64,000 nucleotides of DNA from Candidatus Saccharimonadota bacterium (lineage in GTDB: Bacteria; Patescibacteriota; Saccharimonadia; Saccharimonadales; AWTP1-31): contig JAPLYT010000011.1 in assembly GCA_026395435.1 (NCBI GenBank), positions 74,363 through 138,362 on the forward strand, read 5' to 3'. Shown one piece after another: positions 9,161-17,422 of this stretch. The translations under genes were made by a program, and so were the position numbers. Positions within the stretch are counted from its first letter, which is position 1. Each line of letters starts with the position of its first letter. Under the pieces are notes generated by a model, which searched no databases, had not been told where the DNA came from, and saw only the letters and a list, made by a program, of their open reading frames with translations.

Positions 9161-9294
9161 CTATGTACTACAAGTATAGCCTAGTTTGATGGAAATTGGA
9201 AGGGCTAACCTACATTTTCTTGATTAGATGGTGGGCATGCGTAATGTAATTTTGAATTTTTAAGTGCCCCTATTCAGATGGTACACTTGAGTGA

Positions 9295-11910
9295 ATGAAA
9301 AAAGTAAAACGCCTCTACGACCAATTTAAACCAATTCATTATCAACTTGACCTCGCTCCAGATAGCGCGGCGATGACCTTCACGGGTACGGTAATTATAT
9401 CTGGCAATAAAGTAGGGCGACCAAGTAAGCGGCTCACCTTCCACCAGAAAGATCTCAAAATAACATCGGCCCATATCGTGTCGCATGGTAAGCAGAGCGA
9501 TGCCGTTGTAGAGCTTGATCGGAATAATCATCACGGATCTTTTGACGAAGTCCGCCTTCATGCCGCGCAGGTATTATTCCCTGGGAAATACACCGTTACC
9601 CTCACCTTTACCGGAACCATTACTCGGGCGATGAATGGCATGTATCCTTGTTTCTTCAAAGATGGAGATGCAGATGGTACATTGATCGCCACGCAGTTTG
9701 AATCACATCATGCCCGTGAAGTATTCCCCTGTATCGATGAGCCCGAAGCGAAGGCTACGTTTGATTTGTCTCTTACTTCACCTAAAAATGAAGCAGTTAT
9801 TGCTAATACGCCTGTTAAAAATCAAACACCAGTCAAAAACAGCCCGGGTCTGGTCAAAACTGTGTTTGAGCGAACACCGCATATGAGCACCTACTTGCTT
9901 GCTTTTGTGTATGGCAAAATGGAGTATCTGGAAGCAAAGACGAAAGCTGGAGTCGTAGTGCGGACATACGCCACCCCAGAGAACACTAAATATACTAAGT
10001 TCGCGCTGGATGTGGCCGTCAAATGCCTCGACTTTTATAATGAGTATTTCGATATCCCCTATCCACTGGCGAAATGTGACATGATTGCACTGCCCGATTT
10101 TGCTAGTGGCGCCATGGAAAACTGGGGTTGTATTACCTACCGAGAACAAGCATTGCTTGTCGATCCAGAGAATACCAGCATGTCTGCACAGCAATATGTT
10201 GCTATGGTAGTCGCACACGAACTGACGCATCAATGGTTTGGTAACTTAGTGACGATGCAGTGGTGGACCGACTTGTGGCTTAACGAAGGCTTCGCAACAT
10301 GGTTTGAATATTTAGCTGTTGATCATATATTCCCGAAATGGAAGATGTGGACCCAATTTGCCGTCGACGAACAGCAGCAAGCACTTAAGCTCGATGCGCT
10401 CGAACACACCCACCCGGTTGAAGTGGCGGTCAATCACCCGGATGAAATTAGGACAATCTTTGATGGTATCAGCTATAGCAAGGGCGCTAGTGTCATCCAT
10501 ATGGTCTATCACTACCTCGGTGCTGATGACTTCCAAACGGGGCTTCGATATTACCTAAAGAAACATAGCTATAAAAATACGACAACGCTCGATTTGTGGG
10601 ATGCGCTTGAAGAAGCATCTAAAAAACCTGTCAGAACCTTCATGCATGCCTGGACAAGTCAGAGCGGGTACCCGCTGGTTCATGCCGAAGTTGCCCGTGA
10701 TCACGTCACGCTCAGTCAAAATCGATTCTACTTCAACCCGAAAGCAAAAAAATCAGGGTCTGTGGTTTGGCCAGTACCGACGCTGAGCAATTCAATTGAT
10801 ATGCCTGAAACCCTTAATACCCACGATATACGAATCGATACGAAACACTCTGAGAACTTTAAACTTAATCATGGCGGAAGTGGATTCTACCGAACGACCT
10901 ATAATGCTAGTCACTTGCAACAGCTGGCCGGGCGTGTGCGTTCAGGCCACCTTGAGCCGCTCGATCGATTGGGCTTACTGGCCGATATGACCGAAGCTGC
11001 AAAATCTGGATTTACTGATGTCGTTGAAGTACTTAATCTCCTAAAAAGCTATAAGAATGAAGATGATAACGCGGTATGGGACGTAATTGCTGGGCTACTT
11101 GGTAGCATAAAAGTTGTTATGGATGATGAATCCGTCCGAGAATCTATGAAGCCATTTATTCGAGACCTCGTAGCTGGACAAGTAAAACGACTTGGGTGGG
11201 AGCCAATCGCCCATGAGTCACACTTTGACCGTTTGCTACGACCTACGATCCTTGGCATTGCCGCAGCCAGTGATACGCCAGAAGTTGTTTCTGTGGCTCA
11301 AGAATTCTTTGCAAATATGCATGCCCCCGAAGACGTTGGTACTGAGCTTCGAACTCCTGGACCACGTGCCAGCCTCCGCAATACTGGGCTCGATCCAGAC
11401 TTACGCGGTGTCGTGTATGGTACCGCTGCCCGAACTGGAGGTGAAGCGGAGTTTAATAAGCTACTGGCGATGCATAATGCCAGTACCTTCAGTGAAGAAC
11501 GGCTCAACCTATGTGCCGCACTTACCGGTTTCGAGCAACCCGAACTTATTGCCCGGGCTCTCGCGCTGATTGATACCGACGAAGTTCGCTTACAAGATGT
11601 TGCCTACTGGATTGCCTATAGTTTTAGCAACCGTCATGCTCGCAAGCAAACATGGGAATGGGTAACCTCTCACTGGGATTGGCTTGAAAAGAACATGGGC
11701 AATGATCTTTCATTCTATCGAATGCCAATTTACGCAGTCCGAAGCTGTAGTGATGAATCGTTCTTACCAGAATATAAAAAATTCTTCGGAAAAGTATTGT
11801 CACCTGCATTTGAACGTGCCTATAACCAAGGTATTGAAATGATTGAATGGCAGTCGGCGTGGAAAAAACGAGACCTAAAACTCGTTAAAGCATTTTTCAA
11901 AGCCTCATAG
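9295..11910 (+). CDS. pepN: Aminopeptidase N (M1 family metallopeptidase)
   Basis: GAMENWG exopeptidase motif and HELTHQWFGNLV...WLNEGFA zinc site. 871 aa with the ERAP1-like C-terminal domain length. Confidence 0.93.
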   Translation: MKKVKRLYDQFKPIHYQLDLAPDSAAMTFTGTVIISGNKVGRPSKRLTFHQKDLKITSAHIVSHGKQSDAVVELDRNNHHGSFDEVRLHAAQVLFPGKYTVTLTFTGTITRAMNGMYPCFFKDGDADGTLIATQFESHHAREVFPCIDEPEAKATFDLSLTSPKNEAVIANTPVKNQTPVKNSPGLVKTVFERTPHMSTYLLAFVYGKMEYLEAKTKAGVVVRTYATPENTKYTKFALDVAVKCLDFYNEYFDIPYPLAKCDMIALPDFASGAMENWGCITYREQALLVDPENTSMSAQQYVAMVVAHELTHQWFGNLVTMQWWTDLWLNEGFATWFEYLAVDHIFPKWKMWTQFAVDEQQQALKLDALEHTHPVEVAVNHPDEIRTIFDGISYSKGASVIHMVYHYLGADDFQTGLRYYLKKHSYKNTTTLDLWDALEEASKKPVRTFMHAWTSQSGYPLVHAEVARDHVTLSQNRFYFNPKAKKSGSVVWPVPTLSNSIDMPETLNTHDIRIDTKHSENFKLNHGGSGFYRTTYNASHLQQLAGRVRSGHLEPLDRLGLLADMTEAAKSGFTDVVEVLNLLKSYKNEDDNAVWDVIAGLLGSIKVVMDDESVRESMKPFIRDLVAGQVKRLGWEPIAHESHFDRLLRPTILGIAAASDTPEVVSVAQEFFANMHAPEDVGTELRTPGPRASLRNTGLDPDLRGVVYGTAARTGGEAEFNKLLAMHNASTFSEERLNLCAALTGFEQPELIARALALIDTDEVRLQDVAYWIAYSFSNRHARKQTWEWVTSHWDWLEKNMGNDLSFYRMPIYAVRSCSDESFLPEYKKFFGKVLSPAFERAYNQGIEMIEWQSAWKKRDLKLVKAFFKAS

Positions 11911-11918
11911 TCGCATAA

Positions 11919-12266
11919 TTATAGATCTACATCATAGAGGACGTTTGTTACGGCATAGGCAGGACCTGAAAGCTCAATTGCTCCTAAGCTGTAGTCTTGT
12001 TTCCAATTATGAGCTTGCACCCAACTTTCGGCAGCCCGGCTCATTTGGGCGATTTTGCGAGGTGTGATGTAGTCTTAGCCCGAGCCTTGCCAATCACTTT
12101 TTCGATACTTGACTTCAAAGAAACAAATACTGTTGTCCCGAACTGCGACGATATCTATCTCACACCAGGTAGTGCGCCAATTGAGCTGCTTAATTATCCA
12201 TCCATGCCGGATAAGATACTGAGCAGCTACTTTCTCAGCTTCGTGACCGTTGGAGTAGTTTGTCAT
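11919..12266 (-). pseudogene. yraN: YraN/UPF0102-family endonuclease-like gene interrupted by one in-frame TAA
   Basis: ORF 12075..12266 carries the N-terminal family pattern (CEIDIVA, FFEVKYR). The same frame stays open after the TAA at 12075..12077 for 51 more codons (DYITPRKIAQMSRAAESWV...SLGAIELSG) to a TAA at 11919. The combined 115 residues give the normal family length. Confidence 0.7.
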
Positions 12267-12316
12267 TTTGTAGCATCCTTCACAGTATTCCTGGGCCTAT
12301 ACTATACGGAAGATAC

Positions 12317-12345
12317 AAAAAAACCCACATTTCTGTGGGTTTTTG
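12317..12345 (-). terminator. Intrinsic terminator downstream of rplS
   Basis: In minus sense, AAAAACCCACA-GAAA-TGTGGGTTTTT is followed by TTGTAT. Confidence 0.8.
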
Positions 12346-12360
12346 TATGATCGAGATTGA

Positions 12361-12885
12361 TTAGGCTTCGTCGTGGCTTGCGACAGCTGCTTCGACTTTT
12401 GCTTCAGTCTCTGCTTCGGCTGCTGCTTTTGTCGCTTCAGCGGCTGCGTGTTCTGCTGCAGCTTCGTCTTTGAGCTTTTGCTCAGCTGCTTCAATGGCTG
12501 GATCTTCAGGAAGTTCATTGACTGCTTTGTCGAATGCAACGCCAGTAAGTCGAGCAGCTTTACCGGTTCGAGCACGCATGTAGGTGAGGTAGTTTCGGCG
12601 AACTTTACTTCGCTTCGTTACTTCAATCTTCATGACGAGTGGTGAGTGCATAAGATAGCTCTTCTCGACACCGATTCCACCAGCAACGCGGCGAACAACG
12701 ATTGTTGAGCTAAGGCTGTCTTTTTTAGACACACGGATGACGAGTCCTTCGAAAATTTGAATACGCTCTTTTGCGCCTTCACGGATTTTTTGATGGACTC
12801 GGACGCTGTCACCAGGACGTACGTCAACGACTGCATGTTTCTTATATTTTTCTTCGATTTGTTTGATAACAGATGGCATAATCAT
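12361..12885 (-). CDS. rplS: 50S ribosomal protein L19 with ~60-aa Ala/Glu/Lys-rich C-terminal extension
   Basis: The L19 core is recognisable (VRPGDSVRVHQKIREGAKERIQIFEGLVI...VRRNYLTYMR). The tail is low-complexity (AAEQKLKDEAAAEHAAAEATKAAAEAE). Confidence 0.93.
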   Translation of the reverse strand: MIMPSVIKQIEEKYKKHAVVDVRPGDSVRVHQKIREGAKERIQIFEGLVIRVSKKDSLSSTIVVRRVAGGIGVEKSYLMHSPLVMKIEVTKRSKVRRNYLTYMRARTGKAARLTGVAFDKAVNELPEDPAIEAAEQKLKDEAAAEHAAAEATKAAAEAETEAKVEAAVASHDEA

Positions 12886-12969
12886 TAAATTCTACACTAT
12901 TTAGGGGTTTACTTCAACCCCTTTTGGATCGATTTTCCCGACGGCTCGTGCTAGCGTATACTGAAGTCC

Positions 12970-14103
12970 ATGGATTACAACGCAGAAGCACTCAAGAAAC
13001 ACAAAGAATTAAAAGGTAAGATCGGCATATCGCTCAAAGACAGCTTAGATAGCCAAGATAAATTAAGCACGTATTACACCCCAGGAGTCGCAGCAGTCAG
13101 TACCTATGTAGCTGATCATCCGGAACAGGCTCGTGACTACACCTGGCTCAACAACTCGGTCGCTGTTATTAGCGATGGGTCTGCTGTATTGGGGCTCGGT
13201 AATATTGGCCCGTATGGTGCGCTACCAGTCATGGAAGGCAAAGCAATGCTGTTCAAGCATTTTGCCGACATCGATGCCGTGCCTATTATTCTTAATGTAC
13301 ACACAGCCGATGAAATTGTTTCCACGGTTTCTGCTATTGCGCCAAGTTTCGGTGGGATTAACCTCGAAGATATTGCAGCCCCAATTTGTTTTGAAGTCGA
13401 GGACCGCCTAAAAGAGATGCTGCCAATCCCCGTTTTTCATGATGACCAGCACGGTACTGCTATCGTTGTGCTTGCAGGGCTCATAAATGCTATGAAGGTA
13501 ACCGGTGGTGATCTATCCAAAGCCCGAATCGTCTGCGTCGGTGCCGGAGCTGCTGGCACCGCCATTATGAAATTGATCAATCTCTATGCTGGGCCAGAAA
13601 TTTTGGCAGTGGATAGCAAAGGTATTATCAGTAGCAGCAGAACCGATCTCAATGATGACAAGAAAATGCTCCTTGAGTTCACGAATAAGAACAACGTCTC
13701 CGGATCGCTTGCCGATGCACTCGTGAGCGCCAATATTTTCATAGGCGTATCCCAAGCAGGTCTTTTAACCGCTCAAATGGTCAAGACAATGGCCAAAGAT
13801 CCAATTGTCTTTGCTATGGCAAATCCGACTCCTGAAATAATGCCTGATATTGCAAAAGCAGCGGGCGTGGCAATCATGGCAACCGGCCGTTCAGACTTCC
13901 CAAACCAAGTGAATAACTCGCTAGCCTTCCCTGGTATTTTCCGTGGAGCACTTGATAATAAAGTTCGCAAAATTACCGATGATCATAAGATTGCTGCGGC
14001 TAAGGCGATTGCAGGACTTGTCGAAAACCCAGACGCCGAACATATCATACCTTCAGCAATGGACGAGCAATTAGTACCAGCAATAGCTTCACTAATTGTT
14101 TAG
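12970..14103 (+). CDS. NAD(P)-dependent malic enzyme (short form, no PTA-like domain)
   Basis: YTPGVA, VISDGSAVLGLGNIG, HDDQHGTA and the GAGAAG dinucleotide fold. 377 aa. Confidence 0.88.
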   Translation: MDYNAEALKKHKELKGKIGISLKDSLDSQDKLSTYYTPGVAAVSTYVADHPEQARDYTWLNNSVAVISDGSAVLGLGNIGPYGALPVMEGKAMLFKHFADIDAVPIILNVHTADEIVSTVSAIAPSFGGINLEDIAAPICFEVEDRLKEMLPIPVFHDDQHGTAIVVLAGLINAMKVTGGDLSKARIVCVGAGAAGTAIMKLINLYAGPEILAVDSKGIISSSRTDLNDDKKMLLEFTNKNNVSGSLADALVSANIFIGVSQAGLLTAQMVKTMAKDPIVFAMANPTPEIMPDIAKAAGVAIMATGRSDFPNQVNNSLAFPGIFRGALDNKVRKITDDHKIAAAKAIAGLVENPDAEHIIPSAMDEQLVPAIASLIV

Positions 14104-15704
14104 CCCAATACGCGAAATACTTCTTCGATAGTAGTTTCGCCAGATAGTAACTTGAATAATGCACTGTGGAGCATGGTGAGCATGCCACCTTCTACGGCTG
14201 ATTTTTCGATCGCTTGCGTTGAAATTTCAGACACCGGTCTTTGCAATAGTGCGCGAAGTTGATCGCTCATGACCATTTGTTCGCGAAGTGCAATTTGGCC
14301 CTTATAGCCGAACGGATTGGCTTCACTCTTACCAGGGCGATATAACTGGATAGCGCTGATATCGGGTTTTTTATATTGCAATGGCAGACTATCGATAATC
14401 TCTTGGAGCTGTTGTTTCGTTTCAGCATCTGGCGTGTATGCTTCTTTGGTAGCGTCATCGAGTCTTCTGATGAGCCTTTGGGCCATAATGAGTCGAATAG
14501 CTGATACGAATAAGGGGTTTTGACCAATGATGTCTACCATGCGAGTCAGTGCTGCGGCGCTTGAACTAGCGTGAAATGTAGAAAGTACGAGGTGTCCGGT
14601 GAGCGATGCCTGGAGGGCAGTTTTGGCCGTATCATTGTCTCGAATTTCTCCGACCATCACGACATCGGGGTCGAGCCGTAAGACAGCACGAAGTTTATCA
14701 GCGAAATTAGTTTCTTCGCCAGTCGTACTGGTGACTGATATTTGAGTGATACCTTCAAACTGGTATTCTACCGGATCTTCAATGGTGATGATTTTACGAG
14801 TGTCGATATTGAGGGTATTGAGCATGGAATACAAGGTGGTAGTTTTACCAGACCCTGTCGGACCTACGGCTAGCACCAGCCCGCTCGGTTTACGGATGAT
14901 ATCATCGACAACTTTTCGCTCAATACTATTAAGCCCCAGGCGATCAAGTGTATACATGCTGGCTTCCATATTAAAGAGACGCATTACGATATCCATGCCG
15001 TTTATCGCCGGTACCGTTTCGACGCGAAGGTTCACATCCACTATAGAAGTATCAGCCATGGCTACTTTTTGGGTTATATGCCCTTGCTGGGCGATATTGG
15101 CCGACGTTGAAACGTTTGCGGCACTGGCGATGGCCGAAATGAGCATTCGACATCGTTCATGACTTATTTTTGCAATTGGATGCAAAACTCCGTCAATCCG
15201 AAGCCGAATCCGTACGTATTCCGGCTGATTCTCTATATGAATGTCTGATGCACTGAGTTTGTGGGCTTGATCGGTGAGATACGCCAGCATATCGTCAGCT
15301 CGAACCTGCTCCAACGTATTCGATACTTGGCGAACCAAATCAATATTGGATCCACCAGTGATTTGTATATCGTTATAAACGACTTTTTTTGGCGGATCGT
15401 ATAGCTTCATATAGTCGTTATAGCCGCTGTCAGAAATAAGGGTATAGCTTACGCGTTGGTCCAAGAACTGCTGGCTCAGCATGGTCATTGTTTGCTGAGA
15501 GGTGGTGGTGGTAATACCAAATTGGATACCATTTTTAGAGTAGCTGAGCGGAATAACACGTAATTTATAGAGATCTTCTTTCGGCAATATCTCTTTATAG
15601 AGGGGTTTTTCGGTCAATAGCTGCGTATTAGTGTACGACAGGCCTAAAAGTCGGGCCCGTTTTTCAGTTGACTGTTCGTCGGTGACGCGGATATCTTGTG
15701 TCAT
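14100..15704 (-). CDS. Type II/IV secretion-family ATPase (PilB/GspE-like)
   Basis: T2SSE N-terminal region, Walker A (GPTGSGKTTTLYS), Walker B region (DPDVVMVGEIRD) and His box (TGHLVLSTFHA). Its stop codon overlaps the malic enzyme stop on the opposite strand (TTAG at 14100..14103). Confidence 0.88.
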   Translation of the reverse strand: MTQDIRVTDEQSTEKRARLLGLSYTNTQLLTEKPLYKEILPKEDLYKLRVIPLSYSKNGIQFGITTTTSQQTMTMLSQQFLDQRVSYTLISDSGYNDYMKLYDPPKKVVYNDIQITGGSNIDLVRQVSNTLEQVRADDMLAYLTDQAHKLSASDIHIENQPEYVRIRLRIDGVLHPIAKISHERCRMLISAIASAANVSTSANIAQQGHITQKVAMADTSIVDVNLRVETVPAINGMDIVMRLFNMEASMYTLDRLGLNSIERKVVDDIIRKPSGLVLAVGPTGSGKTTTLYSMLNTLNIDTRKIITIEDPVEYQFEGITQISVTSTTGEETNFADKLRAVLRLDPDVVMVGEIRDNDTAKTALQASLTGHLVLSTFHASSSAAALTRMVDIIGQNPLFVSAIRLIMAQRLIRRLDDATKEAYTPDAETKQQLQEIIDSLPLQYKKPDISAIQLYRPGKSEANPFGYKGQIALREQMVMSDQLRALLQRPVSEISTQAIEKSAVEGGMLTMLHSALFKLLSGETTIEEVFRVLG

Positions 15705-15756
15705 GCTCTTCCTATTTAACCATAAGAGGCGTCTTTACAGAAGTAAAAAGGATGGA

Positions 15757-16284
15757 ATGTGCGGTATACTGCAGGCTATGGCAAACCATACTATTAGCAT
15801 CATCGTCCATGATATCCGCAGTACCCATAACGTCGGCTCTCTCATGCGTACCGCCGAAGGAATCGGCATTGATCACTTATATTTTACGGGATATTCGCCC
15901 TACCCAAGTAAAGTAGGTGATGCCCGCTTACCGCACATCGCTCGCAAGCTTGATGCCCAAATTCACAAAACGGCCCTTGGTGCGGAACATATGGTTGCTT
16001 GGAGCCACCACGATAGCCTTGCGCAGCTCATTGATCAGCTTAAGGCTGATGGAATACGTTTGTGCGCCCTTGAGCAAGCGGACCAGTCGATACCGTTGCA
16101 TACCTATCACACGGATCAGCCTATCGCGCTTCTTTTGGGGCGCGAAGTGGAAGGCATCGAACCTGATATTTTAGCGCTTGTCGATGACATTATCGAAATC
16201 CCTATGTTTGGTAAAAAAGAATCATTCAACGTGGTTCAGGCAGCAGCAATGACGCTGTTCCAATTTCGTTTTCACGCTAGATAA
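15757..16284 (+). CDS. SpoU/TrmH-family RNA 2'-O-methyltransferase
   Basis: SpoU-type strings (VHDIRSTHNVGSLMRTAEGIGI, LLLGREVEGI, IPMFGKKESFNVVQAAAM). The start is chosen at the ATG at 15757, preceded by AAAAAGGA. The ORF-track start at 15631 overlaps the pilB-like gene. Confidence 0.8.
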   Translation: MCGILQAMANHTISIIVHDIRSTHNVGSLMRTAEGIGIDHLYFTGYSPYPSKVGDARLPHIARKLDAQIHKTALGAEHMVAWSHHDSLAQLIDQLKADGIRLCALEQADQSIPLHTYHTDQPIALLLGREVEGIEPDILALVDDIIEIPMFGKKESFNVVQAAAMTLFQFRFHAR

Positions 16285-16329
16285 TACTAGTAATTAGATA
16301 AGCTTGTGCGGTATAATTATTGGTAAATC

Positions 16330-17394
16330 ATGAAAACAAATACTACGAGGTCCGTAGGACACAGCAGACGACACGGTCATCACCAAAAAAGAAGTACTCA
16401 TTTTCTAAAAGTCTATACCCCCTATTTACCGCTTAGTATTTTGATCTTACTGAGCGTATTCATGAGTGGATATCCAGCTCGATATTCCCGGAAAGACGGG
16501 GCTAGTGTTCTATCCTATGCTACAAATGTAAGTGTTGATGGCTTACTGGCATCAACAAATAACCAACGAGCAGCAAACGCGCTTGGTGGATTGGCTCTAA
16601 ACGGACAGCTCAATAGTGCAGCACAGGCAAAAGCAAACGACATGGTAACCCGTGACTACTGGTCACATAACACTCCAGAAGGAAATCCGCCATGGGTGTT
16701 TATTACGAATGCAGGCTATAGCTATAACCGAGCAGGCGAGAATTTGGCATATGGCTATGCTACCAGTAACGATACGATCGTAGCCTGGATGAATAGCCCG
16801 ACACACCGTGAAAATCTACTTGAAACGCACTTTACGCAAGTGGGATTTGGCATTGCCAATGCGCCTAATTATACCGGTGACCCCAAAGCTGGTGCCCCTG
16901 CCCCTGCTACTGTTATTGTTGCCATGTATGCGGAGCCATACACTACTCCAGTAGCCGCCACACAACCACAACCTACCGTTGTTAAGCCAGCTGACCCTGC
17001 TCCAACAGCGCCTGTCACGGCCGCACCAGTAACCACCCCGTCGTCTGACGCGCTTGTACCTAAGGACGAAAAGGACAATACCAAATCAACAAAGACATCA
17101 GCCACTAAAACTACAGCGGCAAACACATCTGCAGGCTCGCTTACCAAAAAATCAAGCACAACTAACCGACTTCAATTACTTACAAAGAGCAGTCTGCCGT
17201 GGCTGGGAAGTATGCTTTTCGTACTAACGCTTTCTGGATCAATGATCGTTCTGGGTAAACATGGGATCGCTTTGCATCGTTTCGTCGTACGAGGAGAACG
17301 CTACGTCCTCCAGCATGCATTGTTTGATATGACAGTTATAAGTCTCATCGGATTCTATGTGATCGCCATGCAACACGTTGGCGTCATCCTCTAA
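16330..17394 (+). CDS. Membrane-anchored CAP/SCP (PR-1-like) domain protein with Pro/Thr-rich linker
   Basis: N-terminal TM helix and a CAP-like core (DMVTRDYWSHNTPEG...GENLAYGY...WMNSPTHRENLL...VGFGIA). A PT-rich spacer and two C-terminal hydrophobic helices follow. Confidence 0.7.
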   Translation: MKTNTTRSVGHSRRHGHHQKRSTHFLKVYTPYLPLSILILLSVFMSGYPARYSRKDGASVLSYATNVSVDGLLASTNNQRAANALGGLALNGQLNSAAQAKANDMVTRDYWSHNTPEGNPPWVFITNAGYSYNRAGENLAYGYATSNDTIVAWMNSPTHRENLLETHFTQVGFGIANAPNYTGDPKAGAPAPATVIVAMYAEPYTTPVAATQPQPTVVKPADPAPTAPVTAAPVTTPSSDALVPKDEKDNTKSTKTSATKTTAANTSAGSLTKKSSTTNRLQLLTKSSLPWLGSMLFVLTLSGSMIVLGKHGIALHRFVVRGERYVLQHALFDMTVISLIGFYVIAMQHVGVIL

Positions 17395-17422
17395 GCTACC
17401 TTTTGGCAAAAGCTATATGCTT

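Noticed and set aside
11997-12350. 117-aa plus-strand ORF
   Set aside because: It lies antisense to the YraN-family reading frame and runs through the rplS terminator. The minus-strand frame carries the recognisable family motifs.
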